A stretch of 63,388 bases of DNA, filler included, from Reticulomyxa filosa (taxonomy: Eukaryota > Protista > Foraminifera), in the NCBI GenBank assembly GCA_000512085.1. It is 16 parts of 16 records of this genome, joined end to end, with 100 filler letters (N's around TTAATTAATTAA, not from the genome) between each part and the next. Parts side by side here need not be neighbours in the genome. Positions count along the whole stretch, not along the records: positions 1 to 8,708 come from ASPP01006687.1; positions 8,809 to 24,636 come from ASPP01021243.1; 14 more parts are not named here. One strand, given 5' to 3'. The position numbers were made by a program, and so were the translations under genes. Position 1 is the stretch's first letter; each line of letters begins with the position of its first letter. Below the pieces are notes generated by a model, which was not told where the DNA came from, did no database searches, and saw nothing but the letters and a program-made list of their open reading frames with translations. Below, piece by piece: positions 1-12,900 of this stretch.

Positions 1-178
1 AAAAAAAAAAAAAAAAAAAAATTTTTTTTTAAAAAAAAATTTTATGTTTGAATTGTAATTGTAATATAATAAAACAGCGGACTTGTTGTTTTTCCCGGTT
101 CGCTTTGTAATGTATTTGTGCCACCCCTGGCCTCGGATCGTACGACCTTTGCATCGTTTGCACCCAATCAAAAACAAG

Positions 179-1866
179 ATGAAAAAGATTCGAAAGAAGT
201 CGCAAAAGCTATTGGAGTTTTTGAAATTTGCGAGTGAGGAGCAAGAGCAAGACAAAAAAGAAAAAAAACAGAAAAAGCAACAAGAAAAAGAAAACGATGG
301 ACAAGTTCCTTTGAAATGTTGGATGAAAGAATTCGAGGATATTCCATTGTCATATCTGACTTTGCCTGGCACACACAACGCACATGCTTACAAATTTAAA
401 TGGGTGTTTTCGTTTCTCAGTAATTTCACTATCAACCAGCATTGGGATATTTATCGACAGTTGAAAAACGGGGCTCGATGTCTAGACATCCGAATCGGTA
501 TGTACGCATAAACAGTGCGTTGAACGATAGGGATTAGCATGAAGTTTGAAAGGGTCGTTGTCAATAACTAACAATTTTTTAAAAAAAAAAAAAAAAAAAA
601 AATTGTCTGATGTTCAAAAAGTTCTTTGTTGTAATGTGCAATAAATAAATACATAAACATATATATATGCATATACATATGCATGTACTTATGTATATAT
701 AATACATATATACATATATAACATATTTATAATATGTATATATGTACACAACATAAATAGGGCAATATCCAAATGGCGATATCGTTTGTGCTCATCGCTT
801 TTTTGTTAGCGTAAAGTTTGAAAAGGTAATGAAGCATGTTGGAAAGTACTTGAATAAGTACCCCAGTGAAATTGTAATACTGCGTGTGAAATGTGAAAAC
901 GGATGGAAGAGCAACCCTCCGACAGTGAATCAGTTGATCGAGATCGCGAAGAAATATGTCGGCAATCGATTGGCTCCGTTTACAAGCGACGCCAATTACT
1001 CGAAGGCATTGTTGGATATGAAGATAAAAGACCTGTTGGCCAGACAATGGAATGTGATATTGTTTTATGAATTCGAATACAACGAATACCAAATGGTTAC
1101 GTCATGGCTCCACACACAGTCTGAACTTCCAAAGCCACTTTTATACAACATTGTCGAATGGATCCAAGGAATACCGGACAATAAAAAAGCATTTCGAAAT
1201 ATGTATTCCCGAAATCAAGACGAACATTCCAATGCAGCTATTAAGTCCAACACGAGCAGCAATAGCAAAAGCAACGACAAGAATAACGTATCGATTGATT
1301 TGCCAAAACAATTGGACAAAATCCAATCCGATCCGTTTTTTTCAAGTTCTTTGAAAAATGAAGACTCTTCCACAAATGAAAGTTCGCTACTGTTGTTTCA
1401 TGGAAAAGGGGAAGACGAAGATTGTGCTGCGCCTTTGTATAGACCCACACTCAGTGCAATGGATGTACACTGCCATCTCGACGCTCAGTCGTCTCTCGAT
1501 ACGAAGGTCGAATATCACGCACTATCCATGATCGAAAATGGCTCAAATTGTGATTTCGTGGAGATCATGGAACCCAAAAAAAAGTGGTACCTCGTCAACG
1601 CTCAAATCACTGCTAAATTCACTTTGACCTATGTGTTACATCAACTAATGCATGGGATATTTGGGCTGCGCTGTGATGTCGAATTTGTCACCGGACAAGT
1701 CATGAAACAGCTTACTCGCCAACTGATTCATAAAGTCAATATCATCGAATGCGATTTCTTGCACCCCTTGTTAGTGCGGAAAATCGTTAACGTTAATAAA
1801 TTTTATTGTGGGTTTATTGATTCCGATGAAATTGACGAATCCGAAGATGAACAAGTGCTCATATGA
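179..1866 (+). CDS. PI-specific phospholipase C X-domain protein (PLCXD / bacterial-type PI-PLC); exons ~179-497 and 761-1866
   Basis: Spliced (GT 498, AG 760) reading gives WMKEFEDIPLSYLTLPGTHNA...NQHWDIYRQLKNGARCLDIRIG-QYPNGDIVCAHRFF...HVGKYLNKYPSEIVILRVK, with both PI-PLC catalytic His motifs and C-terminal VNIIECDF. The true start may lie upstream. Confidence 0.85.
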
Positions 1867-2551
1867 TATTTTTTTTTGTTGTTGTATGTTGTTACTGTTG
1901 CTTATGCGTTTTTTTTTTTTTTTGTTTTGCTGTTTGGTGAAGGGAACATAATTTTTTAGTTTCAATCTTTTTTTTTTCAAAAAAAAAAAAAAAAACAACC
2001 ATTTTTGGACACAACAATTTCTCTGAAGTATTTTCTTTTCTGACAATATTTCTTTTTTAATTATTTTGTTTTGTTCTCTTCCCTCTATTTCCCAATTGAT
2101 TGGTTGCTCTTTCATTGCTCTTGATAGATGTCACACATATGTGCTTTTTTTATTATTTGGCTATTGAGTGTGATGTCTTGAATTTGGTTTGATGGCTGAT
2201 AGACGTTTGAAAGAGCTAAATGTTATGTGATCCTATAGCTTGTAATTTGTGCTTGGGAACAAATTCGCTGTACTTTATTTTTCTTTTTTTCTTTGGAAAG
2301 ATACAAAGAGAAAGTCCAAAAAGTCCGTTATTCATTATAATCGAATTTTTTGTTTAAACGACAACCGCAATATACTCATTGAAACGATAAATAGCAAGAA
2401 AAATCCTTTTTAACAGTTTTTATTCCTGATTGACATTTTGTCAGTAATTTTTACAAAATGATCTTAGCGGAAGCATGACCATTGCTATAATTTCAAAAAT
2501 TCCTCGGGACAAAAAACTTCTTCTTTCTGCATTTTTCCTGTCGATAGCACA

Positions 2552-3920
2552 ATGTCATTTTATTCTCGCCGCGCAAGTTATTGGGATCAATATGATTTCA
2601 TTGATGCCAATCCATTAGCTACCAAACCCGCTCCGAAAACTATAGATCATCATATCTCAAAAGAGCTAAAGTTGGAGGAGTTGCTTAACGACAAATGGTT
2701 AGAAGAGCTTTCAAGCACAATACAATCTCAAGCCGAGTGTCTAACGTTTATAGGCCCACTAAAGCATCGTCCAGAAAATATAATCCCACAGCGACAGTTG
2801 CTATTCAATTCCTTTAATTCATTACCACCGCATCGATGGAGAGTGATAATGTTAGGCGAATCGAATCCAAACCAACTGCATAAATGCAGCGGATACTCGT
2901 ACATGGAGGACAAGAACATAACCTCGTGGTCCGACGAAGCTTGTCCAAAAGATATGAGAGCGATAATCCACAACGTGTTAATGACATATGGATTGGTGCA
3001 TATGGGGGCGGAGAGCATAGACAATGAAGTGGATGACAAAAATGACAATCAAAAAACGGACGAAAGTTCGTTAGCCAAACAATCAAAATCGAATGAATTG
3101 GACGCCATTTTAACACAAATTCGCCAGCAAATTCCGATGAATCCCTTGGAATGGTGGCAATACACGAGTACCCAAGGAGTTTTATGGCTTAATATGGCTC
3201 TTACATGTGGAGGTTTGCTTTTAGAGTGTGTGCATGTTTATACGCGCATGTTTGCACTTTTTTTTTTTACATTATACGTACAAAGCACGTATCCAAAAAA
3301 AATAAATACATACACACACACACAAAAACAAAGGGGGGATGGAAATGGATGTTCATAAGCACTTTTGGAGACCCATAATTCGGGCGGTTTTGATAACAGT
3401 TTTGAAAGCGAAACTGAAAAAACCAAAAAAGCAGAGAGGTACCGTATTTGTAGTGAGCAATAAAGCGGATAAAAAATTTGTTCGTAGTGTCCAAAGCTCC
3501 ATGCAGACGTCAAAACAAGGATGTCCTCCCATTCGTGTCATAGAAATACCACATCCTAAAAAACAGAGTGAGTCGTTTTCACAACAGAGGGTGTTCAAGG
3601 AGATTAACGAGACTCTAGACTCCATGAGCATGCCAGGTATCTATTGGCTTCCCAAAGAGTTTGTCCAAAAACTCAATGATAGTAGAACTGACTCTTCCAA
3701 TCAATCCTCTACTCCTTCATCTGCAAAGCCTAGAGCCTCATTTGCCCCTCTTCCATCTCGTGACACTCCTCCACCCACACAAACGCAAACACAGACACCA
3801 ACTTCTGATATCGCCATCAAAAAAGAACCTGACACTCCTCCACAGGGCATACAAGATGTAAAATATGCCCATGTACCAACCTATGACGATGGGTTTAATT
3901 CGGAGGACTTTTCGTGCTGA
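2552..3920 (+). CDS. Divergent family-1 uracil-DNA glycosylase-like protein; exons 2552-3212 and 3334-3920
   Basis: UNG-like motif order: FNSLPPHRWRVIMLGESNP, SGYSY, TQGVLWLNMALT, HKHFWRPIIRAVL, TVFVVS, EIPHP, FKEINETL..PGIYW. The phase-1 intron joins the two ORFs in frame. Confidence 0.8.
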
Positions 3921-4676
3921 TCTTTTTTTCTTTCTCTCCCTTTTATATGTTTCCTCCTTTTATTCATGCTTTTCATGTGCCATAAGAATGTTGCATTCCT
4001 AAGATAAATCTATTCGTTGCCAAACTCAACCTGCGATTTTATGCAAAAAAATCTTTTTCATTCATTGTTACTGGTCACAAGTTTACACTTATTTTCCAAA
4101 CAAAACGTCTGAACAACATATTAATTTTTCTCATGGTTTATTTTTCATGCGGTACAATTTACATCTTTTTAATACAGATGCCATTTTATCCAAAAATATT
4201 GTGGAAAAATAATGTGATTCATACTTTCAAAAAAAAGTGTAGCGAAAAAACTTTAGCTATGGTCAAACACAAATTTATAGACTTACCAGCCCAGATTGTA
4301 TTGAATAATAAAAATATAAGCATCCGCAAAACCTTGTCAATGATCGTCTAAACTTGTAAAATGCAATAAATTTTTTATCTCTATTTAAAAAGACACTTAG
4401 AATATTCGGGTTATTTTGTCTCTCGTTCAAAAAAAAGAAAAAAACAAGTTAGTTTGAGCCAGCTCATAGAAACATGTTTTGTCAATTTAATTTTGGTACT
4501 ACGTAATAATTATGGACAAAACAAAAAAGCACGGAATCTCATTGTTATGTTGCTCAAAGACAAAATCTTTAGAAAAATTGAAAATCAAAAATTTTTAACC
4601 TACAAAAAAGTTTTTTTTTCTCACAAGTTACTTATTTACTTAAAAAAGCATCTCGAAACAAAAAGCATTTATAAAA

Positions 4677-6470
4677 ATGATCTCCGATTCAAATGACGTA
4701 TTGCTTTATGATTTATGTTCAAGCATTACAAACGCACAGCGACCAGTTTTGGCAGTAGAAGAAGACGGTAGCAGAAGTGATATTGTAATGAGAGATGCAC
4801 GTCTCAAAGTAAATGTGAAAAAGGAAAGTTTGTTGTTATATTTAAACGAGGACAGCGACAACGAAGATAAAGAATCAAGTTCAGAGCTGACATATTGTGA
4901 CGGAAAAAATATTGACGTGAGCGCTTCACCACTTTCCCAAACATCTCGAAGTGGTAGCGGCACACCGACAGATAATGTGTCACAACGCATACTCATCAAA
5001 CCAGCAACACCAACAACAAAAACTTATTCTGAGGAGGAAATCATCAAAATTATTGGTGTGTCAAAATTGATTTCAATTTTGTTTTTCCATGTTTTTGTTT
5101 TTTTTATTGTTGTCATTATTTTTGTGTTTTTGCTGTTTTTGTTTGGTGACAGTTTGAATTAAAAAAAAAAATTGAGTGTTTTTTAATTCTTTCGGACAGG
5201 CATGGACACTCGTGAAGAAGACTTTATTGAACAATTGTTCAAGGAAGAACACACTTACTCTCCGAAGCAATGGTACGATGAAAGCGCCTGTCACATTGCG
5301 CATAGAGCCGGATGTGTTGACTGGATTTGCATGACAGGAATTGACTTAAAATTGGAACGTGAAACGATTTATAGAGCCATTTACTATTTTGACAAGTTAT
5401 TCTTTTTTTTTTTTTTTTTTAATATAAGTGTAATTAAAAAGCAATCGTTTTTTCTGGAACAAACTCGAAAAAAACCGATTTTTTTTTTTTTTTGCGGATA
5501 ACACTGACACAAGCAAAAAATAACATTTTTCTATTGTTATTGTGTTTTGATTGAATTTATTTTTTAAAACAAGAGTCTGTTCTTTGCACGTCGTAAATCG
5601 CGTCCATTTGCAAATAGCAGGCGCAGTGTGCTTGATGCTGAGTGCCAAATGGAACGAAAGAGAAGAGAAAATTCCATCGTTGGGAGTGCTGAGTGGGTAT
5701 TGTGATAACAGTCACACGTGTGAGCAAATTGAACTGATTGAGGTAAAAATTCTCGGCTTGCTAAATTGGCAGTTGAAATGCGTCTTGCCGGTTGATTTTG
5801 TTAACACTTATGTTGATCAAGGCATTGTGTTGAAAGATGACACTCTTGATGGCCACAAGAACATTGATAAACATCCACATGCTCAAGCATATATTAAGAA
5901 ATTTGCAATGTTCTTTTTGGATCTAATCGCCCAAGGTGTATATAATTACACTTTTTTTCTTTTTTTAAGCACACAAAAAAAAAGTTTTTGTAGCAAATAC
6001 GTATACATAAGTTGCAAAACAAAAATTAAAATAAAAAGCCAACTCATCCAAATGAAACCGTTGCTTGCAAAAAAAAAAAATGATAATAAAGAAATTAATA
6101 ATTGTTTCAAAGTCCTTTTCAGTAAATTTGTTTTTTTATATATTTGGGTACATAGACTATTCGTTCTGGCGTTTTCCATCTTCAATCATTGCATCGGCAG
6201 TTGTAGTGGCCTCTCGACGTGCGTTGCGCATCCAGCCTTTTTGGCATGATAGCTTAACATCTTTACTGCGCCACGATTTCGACGAGATCTCTGAGTGCTT
6301 TTTCAAATTATGGGCGTTACGTCGTTTTTTTTGTGTCACATTGATTTTTTTTTTGCTGTCTCAGACTCGACAATGAAAACAACATTTTTTGATAACAAAA
6401 AATTACATGTGATAGTGTCTATCGGACCAAATTTGAACAAGACGCAATGCGAGCGGAGAAAGGAGAATAA
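4677..6470 (+). CDS. Cyclin, cyclin J-like; about 5 exons (4677-5055, 5200-5395, 5574-5936, 6156-~6316, ~6416-6470)
   Basis: Cyclin box HRAGCVDWI..LKLERETIYRAIYYFDK, LQIAGAVCLMLSAKWNEREEKIP, IEVKILGLLNWQL; C-terminal cyclin fold QDYSFWRFPSSIIASAVVVASRRALRIQPFW. Splice phases are consistent; the last exon is tentative. Confidence 0.85.
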
Positions 6471-7085
6471 CTACGCGCGTTTCTTTTTAACACTTGGATA
6501 AAAATTGTACAATGGGAAGATTTGGGGGGGGACGAGGGAAGAGGGGGAGGGTGTTGATGGATGACGTCTCACAAACGTGTCGCCGTTTGTGGGTTTTAAA
6601 TTTTTATGTGTTTGAGAAATTTGTGTTATAGTTTTTTTCTCTTTGTGTGTGGTTTGTTTATCTTCGTGTATGACAAATTTATTTAATCAAAACAAAAACA
6701 ACAAAACAAAAAAAACAGCCATTGGTTTATGTAACTTGATTTTTCTCTGTTTATTATTACCAGAGGACATTTGTTTGTTGAAAATCAACAAAAAATCACT
6801 TTATTTACTTCTTTGGGTTTATAAAATATATCTGTGAATTTTAGAGCTTTTGCCGGCTCTTTATCTTTATGAAATGTGCCAGTTTAAGATCAGTATACAA
6901 CATAGTATTTAACTTCTTGCATCAGAAGTTTTCGAGAACAAGTATAACTTATTTCTGAACATTGGCAAAATTTTTTAATACGAATTGTTTTAACCCTTTC
7001 TGACAAAATTCCACTAATTTTTAAAAGTTAAACAAAAGGTTGCACCTTAAAAAAAGGAAACTTTGAAAGAAACAAATTATTACAA

Positions 7086-7644
7086 ATGTCACAAAAACAA
7101 ACCAGTTCACAAATGGATAAAGATTCGATTCACGTCCGCGAATTCAAGATGGCATTTGAATTGTTTGATGAAAAAAAAACAGGAAAGTTAACAGCGAAGG
7201 AGTTGCGACGGATACTGAACGGATTGGGACAATCAGCAACAGAAGTTGAAATTGATGAGTTGATCAAAGAGGCAGATAAAAACAGAGACAATGCCATTGA
7301 CCTTGATGAATTCATCGAGCTAATGGTTTCCAAAATGCATAGTAACAAATTCGATGACGAGTTGGCGAAAGCGTGGAAAACGTTTGATAAGACAGGCCGT
7401 GGAAAAATCGGCATAAATGAATTGAGAGAAGTCATGTTGAGTTTGGGAGAAGATTTATCTGATGCCCAACTCAAATTGATGATTGATGAAATTGACACTG
7501 ATAAAGACAATTACATCACATTCGAAGGTTCGTTTTTTAAATAAAAAATTTTTTATGTATGCCCCTTTTCTTACACCTTTTCCCCCTCTGCTTTGCATAG
7601 ACTTCAAGCGTATTGCAGATCCATTGAGAGAATCTCATTCTTAA
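7086..7644 (+). CDS. Calmodulin-like EF-hand protein; exons 7086-7527 and 7601-7644
   Basis: Four EF-hands (FELFDEKKTGKLTAKEL, ADKNRDNAIDLDEF, FDKTGRGKIGINEL, IDTDKDNYITFEDF) in about 160 aa. Confidence 0.9.
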
Positions 7645-8244
7645 ATTTCCTTTTTTTAATGTCTTTTTCAAGTGAAAAAGTTTTAGCGAATTAGAGAAAC
7701 TAGTGTCTGCAATATTTGCAATGTAACTCACCTTTTTGCTAAAGGTCATAGAAAGGGACTATTGCCGTTTGACAGTTCACTTTCCTTCTAGACATAACTA
7801 AACTTTCTTCTTTTCGCATAGTTACTTCGAAAAAAAAATGAGTCAATGTAATTGTGTCACAGACAAATGAACGAATAAATGAATTATAAAACATAAATCG
7901 ATAGCAAAAGTCAAAAAATAATTTTTTGTAGAAAGTTATAAATCATTCGCAACTTTTTTTTCTTTTATGAAAGAAAAAAGTGAATATGGTCATAATGACA
8001 ACAAAATAAGAAATTAAAATGCTTTTGTTGAAGAATATCATAAGAAGTCGTATCATGAATATTTTGTAACCTTTGATAAAGTAAATAGCCGTATCTAACT
8101 TGAGATGAAATAACTTTATAATCACAGCAAAACTAATAACAAATAATTTAGGAAGCAATTGAAAGACACGATTAATCGTTTAAAATGATTTAGTGAAAAG
8201 GTTTAGTTCAAAAAGAGAAATTTCTTGTTTTTTTTTTAATTGTA

Positions 8245-8670
8245 ATGAATCCTACTACTTTAAACAAAACAGAAGAAAAAGAAACTCCACTGTTTGAAAT
8301 CTTGCCTACTTTACCTACTCCTCTTTATCTTGGTCAATGTATTGTTCATAATTATGTGTTATTTCTTTGTGGAGGCTACAACAATAATTGCTATTCTTTT
8401 AATACACTGAAATATATATTCTTATCATTTTATTATTGTTGTATTTAACAACACAATGACTCCATAATAAAATATCTTTTGAATAAGAACAGATAAATTT
8501 GTATTGATTATTCATTGGTGGTTGTAATAATAATATTATATTATCAACAAATATGAAAAGTAATATTAATTTATGGATAAATAAAGAATTAAATAATAAA
8601 GAAAAACAATGGATGACAGAAGAAGATAGACAAAATGAAATAAAAGATCAATTACAAAAAATTTAATCTA
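8245..8670 (+). pseudogene. Collapsed fragment of a kelch-like repeat family gene
   Basis: N-terminal blade FEILPTLPTPLYLGQCIVHNYVLFLCGGYNNNCYSFNT, followed after stops by a terminal-looking segment (IHWW/GG...NLWINKELNNKEKQWMTEED). The internal blades are missing. Confidence 0.55.
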
Positions 8671-8708
8671 ATTTTCATATAAAATATATAAAAGTTTTGT
8701 ATTATATT

Positions 8709-8808
8709 NNNNNNNNNNNNNNNNNNNNNNNNNNNNNNNNNNNNNNNNNNNNTTAATTAATTAANNNNNNNNNNNNNNNNNNNNNNNNNNNNNNNNNNNN
8801 NNNNNNNN
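8709..8808. other. Artificial contig-joining spacer N44-TTAATTAATTAA-N44 (first of 15; the others start at 24637, 27455, 30939, 32480, 33602, 35686, 37050, 38856, 40274, 45528, 46866, 54013, 56792, 61018)
   Basis: Identical 100-nt blocks. The palindromic 12-mer places TAA stops in all six frames. Genes are truncated at these points. Confidence 0.97.
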
Positions 8809-8841
<33 letters not shown>

Positions 8842-8879
8842 GTAATAACAATCTGAAAAATAACAAATTCACCACATCA

Positions 8880-11800
8880 ATGATGACAATATCTTCATAC
8901 ACAATCGATCGACCCAATCAAAACCAAATTGTGATGAGCTTGCGCTCTCAATCGCTAGCTCCGGAACCCAACAATGGCAGTGATGATGAGACGTCGCAAG
9001 ACCAAATGCCACTCGATCGAACTCGAAGATCGACGACTGAACAAGATCCCAAAGTGTCCCCTCCTTTTCACAAACCCGTAAGGACGTCCCAACCCATCAC
9101 GCCCATGAGTCAGTCTGTATTTTTCACACCCTCGGCTTCGGACGTCCATCCTCGGCACGATGGTCACTCCGGCGGCCTTGCACATCGCATCAGCGAGTTG
9201 CGACTCAATCACCATCCCCAGAATTCTCAGCATCCCCAAATTCCCCAATCTCCCCAACATCCCCAACATCCTCAGTATCAGCACCCTCAGCATCCTAGTC
9301 AGGACAATCGAGCCATGCAATCGGAAGACGAAGAGGCGACCGAAAAGCGAACTCAAATGAGTGGGGACATGATCTCTGCGGCGGGGAGTACCCCGTCGTG
9401 GAGAACGAAGACGAAACAGAAGACGAGAAGCCCCCTGTGCCGCAACACCTCGGACTCATTGGCCCCTCTCTTCAACAAGAATTCCAATACGCAAAGCCCA
9501 CCAAACCGTCCGATCCAGCACCGCGGCCCCGTCCTGCGCCGATGCTTGATAACAATGCTAGCGCCGGTGGTACTTCCACGTATTCTTCTGCCACTCCGAC
9601 ACCAACCTATCACAGCTCGCTTGCAAATCCAAGTTAGCTCTATACTTACATTATATACATACATGTACATATGCATATATGTATACACATACATATACAT
9701 ATATATATATATATATATATACATGGTGTTTGTGATTTCCATTATGAATATCTTTCTAATTCTGAAGCAAAGCAAACCAGTCCTGCTGTCAAATCAAAGT
9801 TAATTAAAAAAACAATATATATATATATATATGTATATTTATATATACATATATAAATAAAGGTTGCAACAACGTAGTGGCAAAGACGACGAGGAGTCAG
9901 TGCAGACTGATATGAATGGAGACGACAGTAAGGTCACTCGAACGAGTATGGCCCAAGTGGTTCCATTTACCGAGAAAGAAACGGCCACACCGTCTTCTTC
10001 GCATATGGAACTGAAGAAACAGCAGCAAGGACTCGAGACGCATCCACATGCGTCCAACAGCAGCAACAACGAGAGTAATGGAAACGGTAATACCAATAAC
10101 CATGGGAATGGTAATGAAAACAGAAATAGTGCAAAAGCAACAGAGCGCCAGCAATCTCCAGGTCCGAAAAAAGCGCAATTTATGATGAGTCCAAAGAACG
10201 TGCAAGTGCACGCACAAAGCGGCGAAGCGACAGCACAGGCACATGGCAGGACCGCGTCTCCGCAACACGCGCCACAAATTGATAGCATATACGACCTGCC
10301 CGCGGTGGCCACGTTCGACGAGGCGTTGAATGCGAAGCAGCGTTACCGTGAGCAATTTGGCGGGAGCACAAAGTCAAATGGAATGCGCACAACGACGCAC
10401 GGCGTGAGCGCGAGTTCTTCCAATTTCGATGCGAAAGAGACCATGGATAGCAAAAACCGACACTATGTCACCGGCAGCAATCCACCGCTGTCTCACGAGA
10501 AAATGGGAAGCGACAATACCAGCGGGGTCAAGATCAGCAAAATGCATTCCATTTTAGATCGACAAGAGACTGTCGTCAGCGAAAACCCTTCTGTTCCTCC
10601 GAACAATCATTTGACCGTTACCGACACAAAGCCACGTGAAAGTGCTTCGTTCGAACAGCCCATTTCTCCAATTAATAAATCCATGCTTAGTCCAAAGTAT
10701 TGGTCAGGTGCATATATATGTATATATATACACATATATATATATATGTATATATATATATATCTATGTATGTTTTGTGAGCTAGAACAACACAGATGGA
10801 AATTTGGTGATATTGTGGATGTCATTATTCGCGAGGAAAATAATCTGGTGGTGCAAGGAGTTATTCGCAGTTGGAACCCGATGACCAAATGGGCTGATAT
10901 CCAGGTCCTTCCGGATAAGCACCATAATCACGGAGGAGACATGCTGCGATTTATCGAGGTCCAAGACATGCAGTTCACCGGATTGCAACTGAATGACATT
11001 GCTGTGCTCTACTTTGATGACAACATTGCCAGTGACAGACAGTATCCACCTGGATTCATGCTTCCCTTTGAACAGTTGCTCGAAGATAAAAAATTTGATG
11101 AAAAAACTATCATCGCGTGGCAAAATGGCACCATTCCGTTGCCCAAACCAAGCGCTCTGTTCAATGATATTAAAGTTAATACATATGTACATACATGTTG
11201 TTTTTTTTTCCTCCCCATAAAATGAGCAACAAGAGGAGAAAACAAAAAAAGGGGGGGGTTAGTCCATTGAACTTAAAATAAAATAATGTCATTATCATTT
11301 TTTGTAGATACGATTGAAATCCGTAAGCGCAGAGGGATTGTTTATTGCTCAATTGTTGCCCAATCCTCGTTTGGATCAATACTGCATTTCAAATATGAAC
11401 ATCCGCGTAGCGTTGGGGAACATAATGTCGTTGGAAAAGCACATCACTTTTAAGCGGCAAATGTCAGCACGTTTGAGTATGCATTCCGGTGAAACGATGA
11501 ACCGCTTCAAAGCGAAGACTATATCGGTGAATGAAGAAGAAGACGAAGCAATTGGAATGATGGTGACAATGGCAGCGATAAATCCCAATCATCCTGATTT
11601 GGAAAGTGAGTTAAGCGAGAATAACAACAACTATCATCATCCAGTACCAGCGCCAGCACAACCCAAGATGTCCGCCCTTCGCAAAGAACAACTAGTAGTC
11701 ATAGCGCAGCCAATTCCCCACGGGCACAAGCCGAAGCGAAAGAAGCTCAATCCACACACTTTCGGTTCGGTTCCATGTTTCGAGGCGCGAAACATGGCAA

Positions 11801-12900
11801 ATCGGGTAAAGAAGATCATGAACTGTCGTATCAATATGGCATGGCTGGAGACGTTTCCTCTGGACATAACAGACATTTCAGAACCGCCAGCGGAAGCATT
11901 TTTATGTCGTTTGCGGCAGACAAAGGCGTTATTCGTAATGATTTATTGGCTCGACAATATGTCATGAAAATGCATTACAATTTGCCTCGCTTGTGTCGTC
12001 TCTGGATAGATTTGCTCCTGTTCCTTTGGACTCTCATCGTCGCACTGTTCTTCATATGGCAAATCCATCATTTGCCTCAAATGCTATCTGTTTCCTATCA
12101 TCAACAGCTGAAACATTCCATCACTCATAGCTATGGGTTGGCAACACAACAATATTGTAATGCGGACTTTGTTCCGGAGTATGTGTATTTCAATTATCGT
12201 TAAGTTTTTGGTTTTTTTTTTTGAGGGAGAGCACAATATATAGGTATATGTATATAATTTAAGTTTATAGTTTGCCATGTATGTTGTACTTGTTACATCA
12301 TATTGTTGTAGTATCAACAGAATTGGCATTTCAACAGAAAGAAACAAAACCGAAAAGTACATTGACCAGTCCTTTGTTTGTGCATTCCGTTTTGGGAAAA
12401 AAATTTTCAACTAACATGGACCATGTGCAGTACTATTGGCTCATCTTGGTTGGTATCACGTTATTTGTCAATTATACGCTGCTTTTTTTTTGTTATTATG
12501 GTTGCAAGGCCTGCTGTATGATCTGTCGATTTTCATTTTTTCGAACCTATGGAGTTGATCCGATGTTATGGTTATGCTGCGCTTGCTGTTCTTGCTGTCG
12601 CATTTGTCAAACTTTGCCATCACCCTTTCTACTCACCAAACACAAGGAACATCACTCTGCTCGAATTCAACAATCCCATTTGTCACATTTGGATTTTAGT
12701 GATAGAGGGAAAAATCGAATACAAACGGACACCGATGATATGACTAAATCTGGCCCACACAACGAACACAATTGTGAATATTACCAAAACAAGGTCAGTG
12801 GGTGTTATTTATGCTGTTGTGCACGCTGGCAAAACAGTTATTCTTCTCCTCCACAATCACATCATTTGACATGGTTTTTTGATCTTCCACGTCACAATAA
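8880..12900 (+). CDS. Large multi-exon hypothetical protein: disordered N-half, SH3/KOW-like segment, C-terminal transmembrane helices and Cys-rich tail
   Basis: Successive GC-richer + strand ORFs separated by AT/RY-repeat introns (~9632-9760, ~9799-9862, ~10708-10785, ~11174-11308, ~12199-12321). Hydrophobic helices LWIDLLLFLWTLIVALFFIW and YYWLILVGITLFVNYTLLFF. Two apparent 1-nt frameshifts. Boundaries are approximate. Confidence 0.65.
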
